NCBI RefSeq assembly: GCF_009914755.1 | Contig: NC_060925.1 | Source: the human T2T-CHM13v2.0 reference genome, Homo sapiens | Length of the DNA: 64,000 bases | Strand: one strand, 5' to 3' | Part shown: positions 31,901 to 46,110 of the stretch, piece by piece | Layout of the letters: each line of letters starts with the position of its first letter | Position numbering within the stretch: the first letter of the stretch is position 1 | Translations under genes and position numbers: made by a program | The notes under the pieces: generated by a model | What the model was told of the DNA's origin: nothing | Seen by the model: the letters and a program-made list of their open reading frames with translations, nothing else | Database searches by the model: none

Positions 31901-33764
31901 GACCCCAAGGCTTGGCAAAGGCCCAGACAAGTCCACCCCCTCACTGCTGAGCATGCAGCTCTTTCCAGGATGCAGCTCAGAGCTGCCCTCTCACCTGCCA
32001 TCACCACCTAAGGCTGCCTTGCACATGGCCCGCTCATGCAGGCTGATTAGCAGTTTCTACCGGGGAGCTGCAGAGAAAGCTAATTGTCTTTCATCTGTAA
32101 TCTCCAGGGGTGATCAGGAGTTCAGACTGTCACGTGTATACTTTCCCCAATTGGATTCCGAGCTTCTTGAGGCAGGGGCCATATCTTACATGCTTTTTGT
32201 GTCCCCAGAGCACCAAGTGTAGGATTGAGCATGTAGCAGGTGCTTGAGAGTTGCTATAGTGAAATGTGTAGAGAACACGCATTGCATTTAATCCCCCCAA
32301 CAACCCTGTGTGTAGGCAAGAAGGGATTATTTAGCTCCATTTTGCCAGGGAGGCAACTGAGAGTCAGAAACGTTAGGTGATTCATCAGAGGTTGCACAGC
32401 TTCTATGCAGTGGGGTCAGGATTCAAACCCAGGGTCTTTGACTCTACATCCTGCCTCACCAGCCCAGCCAATGTGGATCAGCACCTGTTTTACAGGAGCA
32501 GAGGGCAAGGCTGCCTCAGTTGCAAATCCCTTCAGAGAAAACCTGAGTCCTCAGCTCCTCCACGCACCTGCCCCCTGCTGGGCCCCTCAGCTCCTGTTCC
32601 TTGACTCCTGCCTAGAACAACCCCCCTGGGGGACAGTGTGGGGAAGGACACTGTTCCTGTGTGTGTGTGTGGCTGGGCCTGGAACCACAGGGACAAACAG
32701 AGCCAGCTGCTGCACACAGACCTCAGCCTGCCTTCTGAATGGGGGCTGGGGGCTGCTTTTTGCGCAGCCAGTGACTGCTGGCCAGCTGTGGGCTTCAGGG
32801 ACAGGAGACAAAAGCCCTAGAGCCGTATTCCAAGAAGCAGGGTTGGTTGCCCACTCCAAGGGCAAGTTTCTCTCTTGGAAAGGCTGGTGCTGCAAACCCT
32901 GTCAGGTCTATGTTCTCGGGGCTGTTTCTGTGGATTTAGCGGAAACTGTGGAATTAATCCACAATGCCCCTGATTAAACTAAGACCTTTGGCAAAGGTCT
33001 GAAGGAAGAGTTTTGGAGACGCTGTCACTACTTTCTCCCTTCCCTGCTTCTCAGGCCCCCGGCCCCAGCACAGCCCTAGTGCTCCTGCCTGGTATTGGTG
33101 GATGCAGAGTCTCCTCTCTCCTCTCCTCCTCCCTCCTCTCCCTGGCGGTTCCCCCCCCACCCCCCCCCCCGGGAGCTGAGGGTCCAGAGGGAGGGTGGCA
33201 GGTGGTGATCGATTGCCTGGCCTTGGCTGCTTCAGTGCCAGGACACCCTTCTCCCCACAAAGCTGCGGAGAGAGATGGGCGGCATAATTGAGTGTAGCGT
33301 TGATAAACTCCGGCCTCCTCACCAGCAGATAAGCGCTGGGTGGGAGGGATGCTGAGGGTGAGGAAGGCCAGTCCTCCATCTGCATACCTGGCCTCCAGCT
33401 CCTCCTGGGAGGTAAGCCTGGCCCCTCACTTCCACCTCCCATTTAATCACACACAACCAGAACCTCAGAGCTGGAGGAGACCTCAGCCTCAGCGTTTATC
33501 TGCTCTTCCAGAGTCTGAATTCCATAAATAACTTATGTGAAGGAGGAGTGGTGGGGCGTGAGCCTGGCTCTGCTGTTTGCTGTGTGACCTTGGGCAAAGT
33601 ACTTAACCTTTCGAGCCCCAAATCCCTGAGCTGGGAATGGGGATAATGCCTGCACCCCTTCTGGAATTGCTGGGAGGAGTACGGGATGGAAGGTACATGA
33701 AGTGCCTGTTAGTTCCCTCTGTTGCTTCCCAGCATTGCAGCCTCTCCTTTCATCTTACCATACA

Positions 33765-33810
33765 TTGGATTGGAGCAAAAGTAATTGCGGTTTTGGCCAT
33801 GAATTTTAAT
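33765..33810. mobile_element. Partial MADE1 (Hsmar1 MITE)
   Basis: ttggagcaaaagtaattgcggttttggccat is one mariner TIR. Confidence 0.65.
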
Positions 33811-36800
33811 ACTAATACTAATACCTAATACTTCTCATCTCTCAACTTTTGTAATAAACTTAAAAAATATTGTTGAGGTATAACATATGTACGGGAGAAT
33901 ACATAAATGTCCCTGATCCCAACATGCATAGGTACAAGTACAACCACCACCCAAATCAAGACATAAACATTTCCAGCACTCCAGAAGGTTCCTACGTATG
34001 TGCCCCTTCCCAGTCAATATCCAGCCCCCACCTGGAGCTAACCACGGTCCCGACTTCTATCGCCGCCAAGCAGTTTCATCTTGAAAACCCAGAATTCCCC
34101 TTCCTTTTCCATGACAAGTTGGGACCAGGGTCTTTGGAATTAGGTTACTCTGGCATTAGGGAACTTTAAATCCACTTCATTCCTCCCCCTACTTCAAAGT
34201 GGGCTATAGCGTCTTAGAATCTCATGTTTAACCAGTGATCTCCAGGAAGAGAGGCTGATTCTTCTCTCTCTTTCTAGAGTTCCCGTATCTAAAAATTGCT
34301 CTCAGCCTTGGGGCCCAGCTCTGGCCAGCATCCTCATGGCCTGGGCCTGGGAGTGCCATGCTGCCTTGAGGGAGGATGATGTGGGTGACCTCCTGGCCCC
34401 CGTGCCCTCTAGGCCTTCTCATCACAGAGTTCTGGAGCACTAGGCAAGAGGATGGATTGGGGGTGGCCAGGAAGGAGGGGCCCAGACCTGCACTCCTAAC
34501 CATCCATCCCCTGGGTCACTCTACTCGGCAGTCTCAGAGGCTCCTCCCATTCTGCTTGTCCTAAATGCAACATCTCCTCCCACTGCCTGGCTGTGCTGCA
34601 TTGGTCCCATTGCCATCAGCACCACCGTCCACCAAAGGCTGGAAATGCCCGCCCTCTTCATCTGCCCTCTCCCACCTCACACCCCCTACCAAAATGCTCA
34701 CACCTACCTTCTCTTTTCACTTCTGGCCTTGTCCTGTACGGTGGCCTCTTTTGGGCTTTCCTGCTCACCTGAGAGAGCCACACTTCCCCTGACTGCCTCT
34801 CATTCCCAGACACACCACACCCTGGCTATTTTTCCTTCCACACCTTGGGCCTCTCACTGTGCCTGCCGTGCCCTTTCCCAACTTCAACTATTCAACTCCT
34901 CTTCAGCCATGAAAACCCATCCCAAATGCCACCTCCCCTGTGACGCTTTCCCTTAGAGAAGAGTGGTTCCTCCCACAGCTGCCCCCGAGACTCTCTGAAC
35001 AAACCACAGTGGCAACTTCCTCACTGTTAGGCCATGAGTCTGTCTTCCCAACCAGACTGAGAGCTCCTCGAGGAAAGGATGGTTTGTTACGGATTTTTGT
35101 GTCCCTAGAGCCTAGTACCGTGCACTTTCCCTTGCAGGACTGAGGGGTGCTCTGCCGTGAACTGTGAATCACAACCCATTAGTAGGTCATGAAAACAATT
35201 TAACGTGGGTCACGATCTACATTAAAAAAATGAATAGAAAATATCATACTGCATTGTATGCGGCCAGACTAAGCATTGTTTTGAGATGCTGCCCCCTATT
35301 TTATACACACGCATTTGTGCACTGGGACATGATACAAGGCTTTTTCTTTTTTCTTTTTCTTTTTTTTTTTGCCTAGGGCTGTAGCTATAAAAGCTTGAAA
35401 ACCATTACTCTGAGAATCTCTCTGTTGGGAAAATGAGTCCCTTCAACTCTAGTTGTTGCCACTGGGATGCTAACAGAAAGCAAAGTCTCAGAGGAAAGAT
35501 GTGGCATTCCTGAGTGTCTTCCATGTACCAGGACTTCTATTTGCTAGCCACTTTATGTTCCTCATCCCATCCTTCTGTGAGGGACATACTTTTCAGATGA
35601 GAAACGTAAGCTCCGCGAAGCTAAGGGGCCGGACTGAGGTCCCACAGCGAGAGTGTGGAGGAGCCAGGATCCGAACCCCATCGCCAGCCCTTGCCAGTTC
35701 CATGATTCCGGTGCCAGCGCTCGCCTGACCTCCAGGGCTGTCATGGTGGGAAGGGACTGGAGGGCATCTGCTGGGCAAAGGTGAGGCTTCTTTGTTCATA
35801 CTTGCCCTCCCCTCGTCTCTGGAATGAGAGGGGTCAGGGTTCCAGGAAACCCCCCTTGTTGGGCCTGGGAGGGGAGGGACTGTCCCCAGGCAGGAATCTC
35901 TGTCTTCCCAGGTCTCCTGGCTGGCCCAAGCAGAGAGTGTTAGAGCTCTGCTGCCTGGAAGGCAGCCTACCTCATTATTTCTTAATTAGGAGTGGAAGGT
36001 GCCAGTAGGTAGCACAGAGTCATTGCTGTCTGCGTGCACTGCACCAAAAAAGGCTGCAGGGGAGCCGAGCCAGCCTGTTGGGGGCACGGAGGCAGCTCCA
36101 GGCTGCATCTCACTGCCGCTTGCTGCCAGTCTTTTGCTGATCCTCAGGGAAAACTTTTCTGACCCCCTGCACCCATCTCCTGGGCTCCCATGATGCCCTA
36201 GTGTGCCTCCATCCTAAACTGGCTGGCTTGCTGTCTCCCCGACCAGACTGTGAGCTCCTCTGAGGCAGGAACTGTGCTTCAAGTTGCCAGTTCTTCCAAC
36301 AGTCTGGACACAGTGGTAGCTCAGAGAATATCCGGAGAAGGAAAGAAAGAAAGAGGGAGGGAGGGAAGAAAAGAAAAGCAAGGCAGGCAAGGCAAGTGGG
36401 GAGGGAGGGGGCTGGCTATTTCAGAGCTCAGGTGGCTCCATTGCCTATGGGGTGGGCAGTGTCTGGGCTCAGACCCCCTGCCTCCTTCCTTCCTGACAGG
36501 AAAGAGACAAACATCATCCCAGAGCCTGTCTTCCCTGGGCAATACCCGGGCCACTCCAGACATGGCGTCTTTAGCCCTTCCTTGGTCACTGGCCCCCAGG
36601 TGAAGAGAGCATTTTTCTCTGACTCAAGTTCTTGCCTCTGGATTTGCCAAGCTCCTATGACAGTCTTCGCCCTTCTGAAGCTCTCTCAGGCTCCCCTTCC
36701 AGAAATCCCGCAGGTTCCACCGACCTCTCTGAGAGCACAGGCGAGTGGTTGAACGGTGGGCTTTAGAGACGGCGCGGCACCAGAGTCCTGTACTGGCTGT

Positions 36801-37794
36801 GTGATCCTGAACCTCCTCACTGAGATTCTCATCTGCAAGATGGAGACAGACCTGCCTCATAGCGAGGGGGAATCTGAAAAAGATGTCTAGAGAGTGCCCG
36901 GTGCTCATTAGAGTGTCCTGCCCTTTTTATCCACTTCGATTTGTTGGAGGCACATTTCCCTGGGGGCGCTTCGAGACCATCTTTGTACTAGGCCAGCCTG
37001 ATGCTGGCCTATCAGGGTACTTGGTCTCTAAGGCAGGCAACCTCTTCCTTGGAACCTTCCCAGTGCAGGTGACACTCCTTCCTAACGGAGCTGCCCTGTC
37101 CGATGTCAACTATAAGCACTCCCTGCAGTCTCCAACCGGGGTCCTAGTTCTAGTCTTCCGGACAGCTCTAGGACTCAGTTCATTTAAAGATCATTGGTGT
37201 TGGACACAACTCTCACCCAATAAACAACTCAGCACCAGCTCCTCCTGGCTTAGGGGAGCAGCTCCTCTGCTTCCCCACATGCTCTCCAGAAGGGTCAAGA
37301 GCGCCCCTCCCAGAAGAGTTCTAAATGTCCCAGCTGATGGCCTCCCATAGACATTCCATGCTGGCCACAGTTGCAGGCCTCAGATGGGCAGCCAAGCCCA
37401 GTGCTGACCCATGAGCTTCTCCACCTCTCTGCGTCAGGAGTCAGGTGGGGGTGCTGAACAGACCCTGTAGCATGGCTCCTCTAGCAGTCTGGGCCCCAGG
37501 ACATCCCTTTAGCCCCAGTGGATCCCTGGGACAGAGGCAAGGGCGGGGGGAAGGGGAGGGAAGACCCAAGAGCAATACAAGTGATAGTCTCTCCTGTCCC
37601 ATGCCTTCACACATGCAGGGACCTTGCCACAAGTCCCCTTCCTCACCTGCATATCTGGGGAATTCCTTTCCATCTCTGAAGTCATAGTTTATGCTGCACC
37701 CCTATGTGGTCTTTCCTGACGACCAGGCTCTACCACCAACTCAAAATAATCAGTCCCTTGCTCCTTCCTCCACCCTCAAGGATCCACATCCACA

Positions 37795-38512
37795 AAGAAA
37801 ATGTGCTACATATACACTGATATGGTTTGGCTGTGTCCCCACCCAAATCGCCTCTTGAATTGTACTCCCATAATTCCCGCGTGTTGTGGGAGGGAGATAA
37901 TTTGAATCATGGGGGCAGTTTCCCCCATACTATTGTTGTGGTAGTGAATAAGTCTCACAAGATCTGATGGTTTTATCAGGGATTTCTGCTTTTGCATCTT
38001 CCTCATTTTCTCTTGCCGCCACCATGTAAGAAGTGCCTTTCACCTCCTGCCATGATTCTGAGGCCTCCCCAGCCATGTGGAACTATAAGTCCAATTAAAC
38101 CTCTTTTTCTTCCCGGTCTCAGATATGTCTTTATCAGCAGTGTGAAAACAGACTAATACATGCACCATGGAATACTACACAGGCATCAAAAGAACATGGC
38201 CTTTGCAGCAGTGTAGGTGGAGCTGGAGGCCATCGTCCTAAGCAAATTCACGTAGGAACAGAAAACCAAATACCACATCTTCTCATTTATAAGTGGGAGT
38301 TAAGTATTGAGCACACATGGACATAAATATAGGACCAGCAGACACTGTGGACTACTAGAGGGTGTGTGGGGGGGTTAAAAACCTATATATCAGGTATATG
38401 CTCACTACCAGGGTGACAGGAGCCGTACTCCAAACCCCAGCATCATGCAATTTTCCTCAGTAACAAATCTGCACATGGACCCCCTATACATAAAATAAAA
38501 ATTGAAATAAAA
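37795..38512 (+). mobile_element. L1 3' end interrupted by a THE1 LTR
   Basis: aagaaaatgtgctacatatacac | caccatggaatactac...ggagctggaggccatc...aacaaatctgcacatg...aaaataaaaattgaaa. Confidence 0.82.
37818..38160 (+). mobile_element. THE1 (MaLR) solo LTR
   Basis: TGATATGGTTTGGCTGTGTCCCCACCC...GACTAATACA; 5-bp TSD tacac/tgcac. Confidence 0.93.
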
Positions 38513-39387
38513 ATCCACATCAAATACAATGCTCATCTTCTGTCTCTCAGACTGCAAGCTGCTCGAGCACGGGGACAGTGGCTTTATGGCCCTGGATGAA
38601 CAGAGGGAAGCACCACTGCTTTCGAGGTGAATGAGGCCTTAGTTAAGGAGGTTTGGGTTTCCTGCCTCCAAGTGTCAGTGGTACTGAGGAAAGGACCCTC
38701 AGGGAAGGGTCGGGTGGGGGTGGGTGAGGCCTGGTCGGAGGGGCTGGGCTCTGGCGGCTGAGGAGACAGGGAGGCAGAGAATGGGGAGCAGCCCAGTTAA
38801 ACATGGAGAAAGGCCAAGCCCCTTCTAACGGAAAAGGAAAATAAAATCAGAATGAAAATTGATGAGGCGGAGAGAAAAAGAGACTCATTTCATCAGCGGG
38901 TTTGCCAGATGAAGCTCTAGATAAGTCACGCCGCGGAAGGAGTCCTGGTCTCGGGGGCGCTGCCTGCTCCCTGTCAGCTGTCCAGGCAGCCCGGAGATAA
39001 ATGGCTGCAGCTGAGGCCCGGGTTTGTCTTTCCTCCCCACTAACCGCAAGACAATGGCCTGTCCGTCCTGGCCACCTCCTCCAATGCCCTGGCCATTCCC
39101 TTCCCCAGGACCTCTCCTGTGCCCCTCCCCAGTCCCACAGGCCTCTCCCTGGGCAGTCCCTCTGCACTCCCCCTTGCCAGGGCAGGCCGGTGGACAGTGT
39201 TTCTCAGAGGCTGCTTCCTGCCTTCCACTCCTTACCCATCTCCAAAGCCAGATGGGGGAAGCAGGGCTGGTAGATGCAGCATGGGACAGGACTGGCTCTA
39301 CTCCTGGCCTGGGGACAGACTTTGGATGGTGTCTTCTTCCTTCTCTAGGTCTTGGGTTTCTCATCTGCAAAATGAGGGAGTTGGGCT

Positions 39388-39588
39388 AGAGCAGCGGTTC
39401 TCATACTGTAGTCCCCGGACCAGTAGTCTACGCATCACCTGGAAACTTGCTAGAAGTGCGAGTTCCTTGGCCCACCCAAGACCTCCAGAATCAGAAACTC
39501 TGAGGGTGGGCCCTAGTCTAGTCACCTGTGTTTGAACAAGCTCTGCAGGTGGTTCTGATGCATGCTGAAGTTTGAGGATTGCTGGCTA
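39388..39588. mobile_element. MER5A-like MITE
   Basis: gcagcggttctca...gaatcagaaactctgagggtgg...ttctgatgcatgctgaagtttgagg. Confidence 0.75.
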
Positions 39589-39657
39589 GCTCATCTCTAA
39601 CCTCCTCTCCAGCTCAGATTAGAAGTCTACAAACCAAGAAGAGTGATACCTAGAGTG

Positions 39658-39660
<3 letters not shown>

Positions 39661-39717
<57 letters not shown>
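39661..39717. repeat. (TA)n microsatellite, ~28 units
   Basis: Pure TA run. Confidence 0.97.
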
Positions 39718-39720
<3 letters not shown>

Positions 39721-40356
39721 GAGCTGCTTATACCCTGACAGATTAGGTTGGGTTTTCAAGACTCCCCTCACCTCCTCTGTCCTGGCCACAAGGGAACTCT
39801 TATCCATTGAGCATGAAATAGATCCCTGACCTTATCCCAGGCACTGTAAGTATGTGAGGGCTGCAAATACAAAGTTATGAGGAGGGCAGGTGGGGATTCA
39901 CAGGTTAAAAAGAAAACTAAACCAGTGTACCAGAGGATGATAAAAGTTGTCACAGAGCAAGGGCAGCAGGGCACAAGCTAGGGGAGACAGCATGATTCTA
40001 CCTCATGTAGGAAGTTAGACAAACATTCAGAGGAATTTACTAAAAAATCACTGTACACTAAAAATGGCTGAATTTGATGGTATGCAAATTAAACTTCAAT
40101 AAAGCCATTGAAAAATTCACAGGGGTAGTGTTGCTGGGAATCCATAGGCCAGTAATGCATAGATAGGAGACACTAGGAGCAAAGGTCCCAAGATTCAAAC
40201 ATATGAAGTGAGTTCCAAGCAGTGAGTGGCTCCCCGTGGGTCTTGAGAGTGTGGGTGATGTGATGAAGATGTTGGAGCAGCAAGCCAGAGGCAGAATGGT
40301 CTGGACACAATACCCAGGCAGAGGCCAGCCAAAGGAGGCATATAAGGCAGTAACCA

Positions 40357-40685
40357 GCTGGGAGCAGTGGCTCATGCCTGTAATCTCAGTGCTTTGGGAG
40401 GCCAAGGGAGGCTCATTTGAGTCCAGGAGTTTGAGACCAGCCTGGCCAACACAGTGAAACCCTGTCTCTACCAAAAAACAAACAAACAAACAAAACACCT
40501 ATGTGGGTGTGGTGGCTCATACCTGTAGTTCTAGCTACTTGGGAGGCTGGGGTGAGAGAATCGCTTGAGCCCAGGAGTTCAAGCCTGCAGTGAGCTATGA
40601 CTGCACAACTGAACTACAGCCTTGGCAACAGAGCAAGACCCTGTCTCTAACAATAAAAGCAAACTTAAACCCAAACAAACAAAAG
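40357..40685 (+). mobile_element. AluJ-like SINE
   Basis: Dimer with a (CAAA)n linker. Confidence 0.88.
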
Positions 40686-40725
40686 GCAATAGCTACAACA
40701 GCCATCAATAATAATAGGCTGTTCA

Positions 40726-41061
<336 letters not shown>

Positions 41062-41064
41062 TTC

Positions 41065-41382
<318 letters not shown>

Positions 41383-41387
41383 CTATG

Positions 41388-41718
41388 TTGCTATGGTCTG
41401 AATATATCCCACAAAATCCATGTATTGGAAACTTATTCCCCAGTGCAACAGTGTTGGGAGGTGGGGCCTTTTGGGACGTGTTTAGGTCATGAAGAAATAA
41501 ATTACTGTTTTAAAAGGGCTTGACAGAGAGAATTTTTTTTTTTTTTGGTCTGTCTACCTTCTGCCATGTGAGGAAACAGCATTCGAGGCACCATCTTGAA
41601 AGCAGACAGCAGCCTTCACCAGATGCTGGCACCTTGTCTTGGACTTCCCAGCCTCCAGAACTGTAAGAAATAAATTTCTATTCTTTATGAATTACCCATT
41701 CTGTGGTATTCTGTTATA
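41388..41718 (+). mobile_element. MaLR LTR (MST/MLT1A-like)
   Basis: tgctatggtctgaat...ggacttcccagcctccagaactgtaagaaataaatttc...atagcagcacaaatggacta. Confidence 0.82.
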
Positions 41719-42797
41719 GCAGCACAAATGGACTACGATCTATGTGATTCTCACGGTAGCCCTCTGAAGTCAAAGGGGCCATTATCCTCATTTTAGTGGA
41801 AAGAAGATAAGTGACTTGTCCAAGATCACACCTAAACAAGTAATGAGGCTGAGGCCAGAAGATACAGTATGCTTCCAAGTCCAGTCTTTATTTTTCCAGT
41901 GAGAGGGCAATGATAATAATGGTAGTCATTGACTGAGCACTGATTAGTAGCCAGGCTTTGGGCTAGGTGCCTCACCAGAGTGATTGTGTTGAATGCTCAC
42001 AGTAAGAGCGTGATGTGGAAATTACTAGCCCCACTTCTCAGATGTGAGAAGTAAGGTACCAAGCCCAGAACATTCAGTTGGTAAAGCCAGGACTCAAACT
42101 TGCTTCTGGCTGGCCCTAACACCTGTGCTCTAACCCCGATCCCACATCACCCTCTCCAGTCCCCGCTGCCCAGCTCTCCTTCCACTTCCTCAAGCCTGGA
42201 ATAGAATGAGGAGATTTCCAGTTGACTTATTCAAGCTCCGTTGGGCCTGGGCCAACCCAAGAGAAAGAAACTGGCCCCTGGCCTAAGCTCGGCAGCCCTT
42301 CTTCAAGAGAACGCCCTTTCCAATCTGGCAGAGGCTTCCTCTCCTCCACACCCATCCACGCCTTCCAAGCCCAGTGTACCTGCTGCAGGACCAGCGGCTC
42401 CCAGAGCCCCCAAGCCTGTGGAAGGAAATGCTTCCATCTGTGATCAATAACAGGCATAATTCAATGACTGCGGCAAGTACAAAAGAGTGTAGGTTAAATC
42501 AATATTTAGAAGCTTTGAAATTAAACTAATTAAGAGCAAGCCTTAATGATTTTTACTGTCTGGGAATAAAAAAGACAAAAAGCCCACCTATATTTCATGA
42601 TTTTACTTTAGTAGCTTGTAATAATTTGGGAAGAGCAGAAAATGAAAAGTGCTCTCAGCCAGCCCTATGTCCTGAATTGCAGGGGAGGGGAGCACCTGGT
42701 CCTTGGGAATAGAAGACGTGGAGGAGAGAATGAATGGGATGGAGCCCGCTGTGCAAACAGCATGTTGTAAAAGGCCCTTGGCTTGGAAGTCAGGGAC

Positions 42798-43212
42798 TGT
42801 TATGGGTTGAAGTGTGTTCCTCAAAAAGATATAGTGAAGTCCTAACCCCCAGTACCTATAAACATGACCTTATTTGGAAATAGGGTCTGAAGATGTAATC
42901 ATCTGATGATGAGGCTGTTATGGAAGGCCCTAATTCAATATGACTGGTATCCTTATAAGAAAAAAAAGCCATGTGAAGACAGAGGCACACAGGAAGGTGC
43001 CATGTGCCACGGAGACAGATGGAAGTGCTACAGCTGTGTGCCAAGGAACACCACCAATTGATGGCCACCACCAGAAAGCAGGAAGAGGCAAGAAAGAATC
43101 CTCCTCTACAGGTTTCAGAGCGAGGATGGCCCTGCCGACACCTTGATTTTGAACCTCCAGCCTCCAAATCTACAAGACAATATGTTTATGTTGTTTTAAG
43201 CCATCCAGTAAC
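42798..43212 (+). mobile_element. MLT1B/C-like LTR
   Basis: tgttatgggttgaagtgtgttcc...gaccttatttggaaatagggtc...ggccctgccgacaccttgatttt. Confidence 0.85.
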
Positions 43213-44728
43213 ATAGGCATCCTGAGTTCTAGTTCCTGCTCTGCTACTTACTAACTGTGCAAGCTTGGGCAAGATGCTTTATTTCTATGAGCCTCAGTTT
43301 TCTCTACTGAAAAATGGGACTAAGACTAGTACTATCCCTTTTTTACAGAGACGTACAGCTCAAATGAAAATATGAGTGTGAAATATGCATGGTGAGCTGA
43401 GAAGTGCTATACAGATATGACCTAGGCTCACTGCATAGTGGAAAAAATCTGGGAAGGGATTCAGGAGCTATTGGTCAGGTGGGCAGGAAGTTTCCTGCCT
43501 ACTCACAGGACCATTCTAAAGATCCGATCAGATCACAGGTGTGAGTTCACTCTGCTTTGTTAGAGATATATGCATAAAAGATGTTTTTGTTGTTCTCAAC
43601 AAGGATCTTATTTGCTGACTACTGAACCCTAGTTTTCTCATCTGTAAAATAAAAGCGTTGGACAATATTATTTTAAGGGTATTTTCCAGCATTATTCTCT
43701 GGGCTTATATATATTTACATATAAGTAAATATTAATATATAAATATTTTAAATGTAATGTGTCTTGGCAGCCCCAACCTTGTTCTCATCCTTAAACCTCT
43801 CTCCGCAGCCCAGTACAATTGAGAGGGTGTCATCCTAGCTCATGGAGAGAGGTCAGGACTACTCTGGGGCTTTGCTCACCTCTGCTCCCTGCTGCAGGGT
43901 TTAAGGGAGAGAGAACCACAGCAGTTGTCCAGTCCTCTCTTGAGTGTACCAGGCATGAAGGGAACAGGAAACCATGCAGGCAGCAAATAAAATCTCTATC
44001 GATCACGAGATGGCTGGTATCCCAAACCCGGCTGGCTCCCAGAACCGTTCATCTTAAATAAATGTTCCTAATGACCCACTCATACTTAACACCAGAGCTC
44101 TGTCTTAAAGTGCAGTGGAAAAGGGCAGCTGAGCAAGGAGCTGCTGCTGCTCTGCTGAGCCTCTTTCTTGGCTGCAAAGGTAGAAGGTTCTCAGGTGGTC
44201 TCAGAATTTTGGAAGGAGCTGCACCTTGCAGCAGTGACAATCCCAAATGGAAGGACCAACCTTCCTGCCGTGTAACAACCAACATTCTTCCAGGACGAGC
44301 ATCGCTGCAGGGAATGAGCATCTGTTGGCACATCGCCCTCACAGGGACAGGCAACAGCAGCAGCATCACCAGGAATATCAACTCATTATCACAATGCCAT
44401 CGTGAGATTTACCTCCACCATCACTATGGTCAGCACACCTGCAGCCGGCCATCTCTGTTAATGTCACCAGCCCCATCTTTGCCATATGAATCCCCTGCTC
44501 GCTGCCATGACCACACTCACTTAATACCTTCCACGAGCATCGTCATCTCCTCCAGCCACTGTCACAATCCTGGTCATCATAGCTACCCTGATCACCATCA
44601 GAACATGCGTATGGCCTCATTGCTGTGATGCATACAGAACCTGAAACAGACGCGGCTTCTGTAATTGGTAAATACACATTGGATAATGAGATCCCCCAAT
44701 AATGCTAACATGAAAATAAGTGGATTCA

Positions 44729-45200
<472 letters not shown>

Positions 45201-46055
45201 TATTGATGCCTACCTCCCACTCTAGACCAATTAAATCAATCTCTGAGTAGGGTCCACACACGGTGTTAAAAAAAACTTCCCAGGATTTCTTTGTAAATTT
45301 TATGTCAAAAGAAAAACATTGTAAGCAAAAATTGAACCCCATAGCTGTTGATACTGAAATATTTAGGGAAAAGTGTACTGATGTCTGCAATTTGCTTTGA
45401 AATGCACCAAAATTAAGATGGATTGATAGATAGAGGAATGGATAGTTGGAGAGAGAGGTGATAAGGCAAGTCTAATAATAAGGTTAATGGTAGAGTCTAG
45501 GTGGTGGGTAGATGATTGCTCACTGTAAAATTCCCTTTACTGTGCGGTATGTTGGAATTTTTCATAATAAAGTATTGGGGGGAAAATCCCCAAATGGTTT
45601 GAATGTGAAGCCAGGACTGAGAACTATTACTTCTGAAGGAAAAATCCATAAAGCAAATGAGCTTCTTTCCTCTGCCGTCCACATGTGAAAGAACATCCCT
45701 ACTTTCTCATCAAACCAATCAGATCTAGCCCAATGCTTTCTAGCCCAATGCTTCCCAGCCCTTCTCAAGCCAGGGCACATATAGATGAGTGTATTTGTAC
45801 AGTGCACCAGGGGAGAGGGTGGTGGCTGCTGGCAGCCAGAGGGAGCGGCTCAGGGAGACGCTTGGTTGCCCCAGGCCCCACAGGGCTGCCCTGAGTGCCA
45901 AGGGCTGTGCCTGGAGTCCACTGTCCACAGCCAGACCAGCTGACCAGCTCTGCTCTGTGCAGATGCCCCTGAGTCTCCCAGTTCTAAACCACAGCTCAGC
46001 ATTCTTAGCAAGGATTAAATCCTTTCCCAGACCAGAGTCTGCCTATTGCAGCACG

Positions 46056-46060
<5 letters not shown>

Positions 46061-46107
<47 letters not shown>
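46061..46107. repeat. (TG)n microsatellite, ~23 units
   Basis: Pure TG run. Confidence 0.97.

Positions 46108-46110
<3 letters not shown>

Noticed and set aside
44062-44628. 188-aa His-rich ORF
   Set aside because: Arises from a degenerate (CAT/CAC)n low-complexity tract; no recognisable fold or splice context.
45724-45760. 15-bp tandem repeat ctagcccaatgctt x2 plus a partial third copy
   Set aside because: Ordinary slippage duplication; no spacers, not CRISPR-like.
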